A stretch of DNA of 64,000 nt from assembly GCA_046296715.1 (NCBI GenBank), contig JBKBIN010000007.1:1-64000 (forward strand), in the 5' to 3' direction. Shown here piece after piece: positions 61,851 through 64,000 of the stretch. Position 1 is the stretch's first letter. Each line of letters begins with the position of its first letter. The translations under genes and the position numbers were made by a program. Source of the DNA: Candidatus Ratteibacteria bacterium (GTDB lineage Bacteria > Ratteibacteria > UBA8468 > B48-G9 > JAFGKM01). Below the pieces are notes generated by a model. The model was not told where the DNA came from and searched no databases. It worked only from the letters and a program-made list of their open reading frames with translations.

Positions 61851-62853
61851 AGAGATAGAAGAACCAATTTGTGGTGATAATGAAGTTAAGATTAAGGTTG
61901 AGTATTGTGCTATATGTGGAACTGATGTAAGGATTTTTTATTCTGGACATAAAAAAGTTATTCCTCCTACTATAATTGGACATGAAATTACAGGAATAGT
62001 TGTAGAAATAGGTGAAAATATTGAATATCCAGATTTAAAAATTGGAGATAAAGTTACAGTTGTTACTTCAATTGGTTGTGGTAAATGTAAGATGTGTAAA
62101 AGTGGTTTTTATAATTTATGTCCTGATACAAAAGCAATTGGTTATTATTATAAAGGTGGATTTGCAGAATATTTAGTCGTTCCTGAAGATGCTGTTAGAC
62201 AAAAGGCAATTTTAAAATTACATGAAAATCTTTCTTTGCTTGAAGCAACAATAATTGAGCCACTTTCTTGTTGTATAAATGGTCAGAATTATTTGAATAT
62301 TAAAAAAGATGATTTCGTTTTAATTTTTGGTGGAGGACCGATTGGTTTTATGCATGCAGTTTTAACAAAAGCAATTGGTTGTGAAAAAGTTGTTATTGTT
62401 GATCCTGCCTATGATAGATTGGTTAAATTTGGGAAGAATTTTCCTGATATAATTTTATGGGACTTAAACAAAATAAATTTAAAAGAAGAAGTTATAAAGA
62501 TTACAGATGGGTTTGGAGCAGATGTCATTATTACTGCATGTCCAGCAAAAAAAGCACAGATTGATTCGCTTGACTTAATTGGGTCAAAGGGAAGAATAAG
62601 TTTTTTTGGTGGACTTCCAAAGGATGATTCAATGATTCAGATTGATTCAAATATTATTCATTATAAGGAAGTTTCTGTTTTTGGTGCATTCGCATCAAAT
62701 AGGAACGACTATATAAAAGCAGCGGATTTAATTTCTTCTGGTAAAGTAGATACTAAAAAATTTATAACAGATGTAATACCTCTTGAAGATATTGTTGAAG
62801 GAATTAAAAAAGTAAAAAAAGGAGAAGCTCTTAAAATTGTTGTAAAAATATAA
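61807..62853 (+). CDS. Zinc-dependent alcohol/polyol dehydrogenase (MDR family)
   Basis: CAICGTD, GHE, CGKCKMC..G.YNLC, EPLSC and GGGPIG. Confidence 0.92.
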   Translation: MKAAIFYGIEDIRVEEIEEPICGDNEVKIKVEYCAICGTDVRIFYSGHKKVIPPTIIGHEITGIVVEIGENIEYPDLKIGDKVTVVTSIGCGKCKMCKSGFYNLCPDTKAIGYYYKGGFAEYLVVPEDAVRQKAILKLHENLSLLEATIIEPLSCCINGQNYLNIKKDDFVLIFGGGPIGFMHAVLTKAIGCEKVVIVDPAYDRLVKFGKNFPDIILWDLNKINLKEEVIKITDGFGADVIITACPAKKAQIDSLDLIGSKGRISFFGGLPKDDSMIQIDSNIIHYKEVSVFGAFASNRNDYIKAADLISSGKVDTKKFITDVIPLEDIVEGIKKVKKGEALKIVVKI

Positions 62854-63978
62854 ATGGTTGACCATAAAAAATTTTTAAAAAGATGTTTTAAACTTGCTGA
62901 AAAAGGGAAAGGACTTGTAAGTCCAAATCCTCTTGTTGGAGCAATTATTGCAAAAGGAGAAAGAATAATAGCAGAAGGGTATCATAAAGGATTTGGGCTT
63001 GCTCACGCAGAGATAGAAGCATTAAATAGAGCAAAAGATAAAGCAAAAGGTGCAACTTTATATGTAAATCTTGAACCATGCTGTCATTGGGGAAAAACTC
63101 CTCCTTGTACAGAAAGTATAATTAAATCTGGAATAAAAGAGGTCATTGCCTGTATTATAGATCCAAATCCACTTGTGAATGGGAATGGATTTAAAATACT
63201 TGAAGAAAATGGAATAAAAGTAAGGTATGGATATTTAGAAGAAGAAGCAGAAGAATTCAACAGATATTATATTACAAATATAACAAAAGCAAGACCATAT
63301 ATAATATTAAAATGGGCTCAAACAATAGATGGAAAAATCGCGACATATAATGGTTTGTCAAAATGGATTACAAGAGAAAAAACAAGAGAGTATCTAAAAA
63401 AGAAAAGGTTTGAAGTAGACGGTATTTTAGTTGGAGTAAATACTATTTTAAAAGATAATCCCTTTCTTGACTATATTGCAAATAAGTTTCAGGCAAAAAG
63501 AGAAATTCTTGATAGGAAAAGATATTACAAAATAATACTTGATCCAGAAGGTAAAACTCCTATTGAAAGTAATATATGGAAAAATGAAAAGTCAAAAGTA
63601 TTAATTGTTTTTGATGAAAGAATTGATGAAAGTAAAATAGAAAAATATAGTATAAAGACAAATTTTGATTATATTAAAATTCCAAGAGAAAATGGTAAAT
63701 TTGAAATTGAAAAATTACTTGAAAAACTTTTGGTTGAAAAGAATATCGGAATAATTATGGTTGAAGGAGGGAAATTTACTTTAACACAATTTTTTGAAAA
63801 AGAAATTTTTGATGAAATTTGGGCATTTATTGGAAAAAAGATTCTTGGTGGTGAAAATTCAATATCTGTTTTTGGAGGGAAAGATAGAGAAAATATAGAA
63901 CAAGCGATTGAATTAGAAAAAATTGAGGTAGAGCAAATTGAAGATGATATTCTGTTAAAGGGAAGGATTTTTAGATAA
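62854..63978 (+). CDS. ribD: Bifunctional riboflavin biosynthesis deaminase/reductase
   Basis: SPNPLVGA, HAE, LEPCCHWGKTPPC, KWAQTIDGKIA and VEGG. Confidence 0.95.
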   Translation: MVDHKKFLKRCFKLAEKGKGLVSPNPLVGAIIAKGERIIAEGYHKGFGLAHAEIEALNRAKDKAKGATLYVNLEPCCHWGKTPPCTESIIKSGIKEVIACIIDPNPLVNGNGFKILEENGIKVRYGYLEEEAEEFNRYYITNITKARPYIILKWAQTIDGKIATYNGLSKWITREKTREYLKKKRFEVDGILVGVNTILKDNPFLDYIANKFQAKREILDRKRYYKIILDPEGKTPIESNIWKNEKSKVLIVFDERIDESKIEKYSIKTNFDYIKIPRENGKFEIEKLLEKLLVEKNIGIIMVEGGKFTLTQFFEKEIFDEIWAFIGKKILGGENSISVFGGKDRENIEQAIELEKIEVEQIEDDILLKGRIFR

Positions 63979-64000
63979 TTTAAGTTTTTATAGTATTATG

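Overview
This is a gene-dense, strongly AT-rich bacterial chromosomal segment. A putative outer-membrane porin and a surA-like/pdxA/rsmA cluster suggest a diderm, and fhs, a SufCB pair and a membrane pyrophosphatase suggest an anaerobe; an Omnitrophota/Ratteibacteria-like origin is only an impression. Most of the window is housekeeping: mnmE, tyrS, folP, mnmA, ispD, argJ, rplY-pth, fhs, rpsP-trmD-rplS, lysC, dnaE, mtnA and ribD. It also carries a complete phoBR-porin-pstSCAB-phoU region with a visible 11-bp-period Pho box, a four-gene minor (pseudo)pilin cluster, several sugar/amino-compound catabolic genes and two tRNAs (Ile-GAT, Val-CAC). The most unusual DNA lies at about 48.6-50.1 kb. There tRNA-Val overlaps the mtnA stop codon and is followed by a structured ~199-bp unit bounded by an exact 24-bp duplication of the tRNA 3' end, which contains an inverted copy of the T-loop. 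A decayed second unit, a nucleotidyltransferase/small-ORF pair and a 19-bp palindrome follow; the palindrome recurs exactly at 27.7 kb. Other points are an A8 frameshift in an oxidoreductase, a truncated DNA methyltransferase and an orphan V/A-ATPase subunit I. All protein calls come from motif recognition by eye, with no database search. No CRISPR array, rRNA, integrase or intact transposase was seen.
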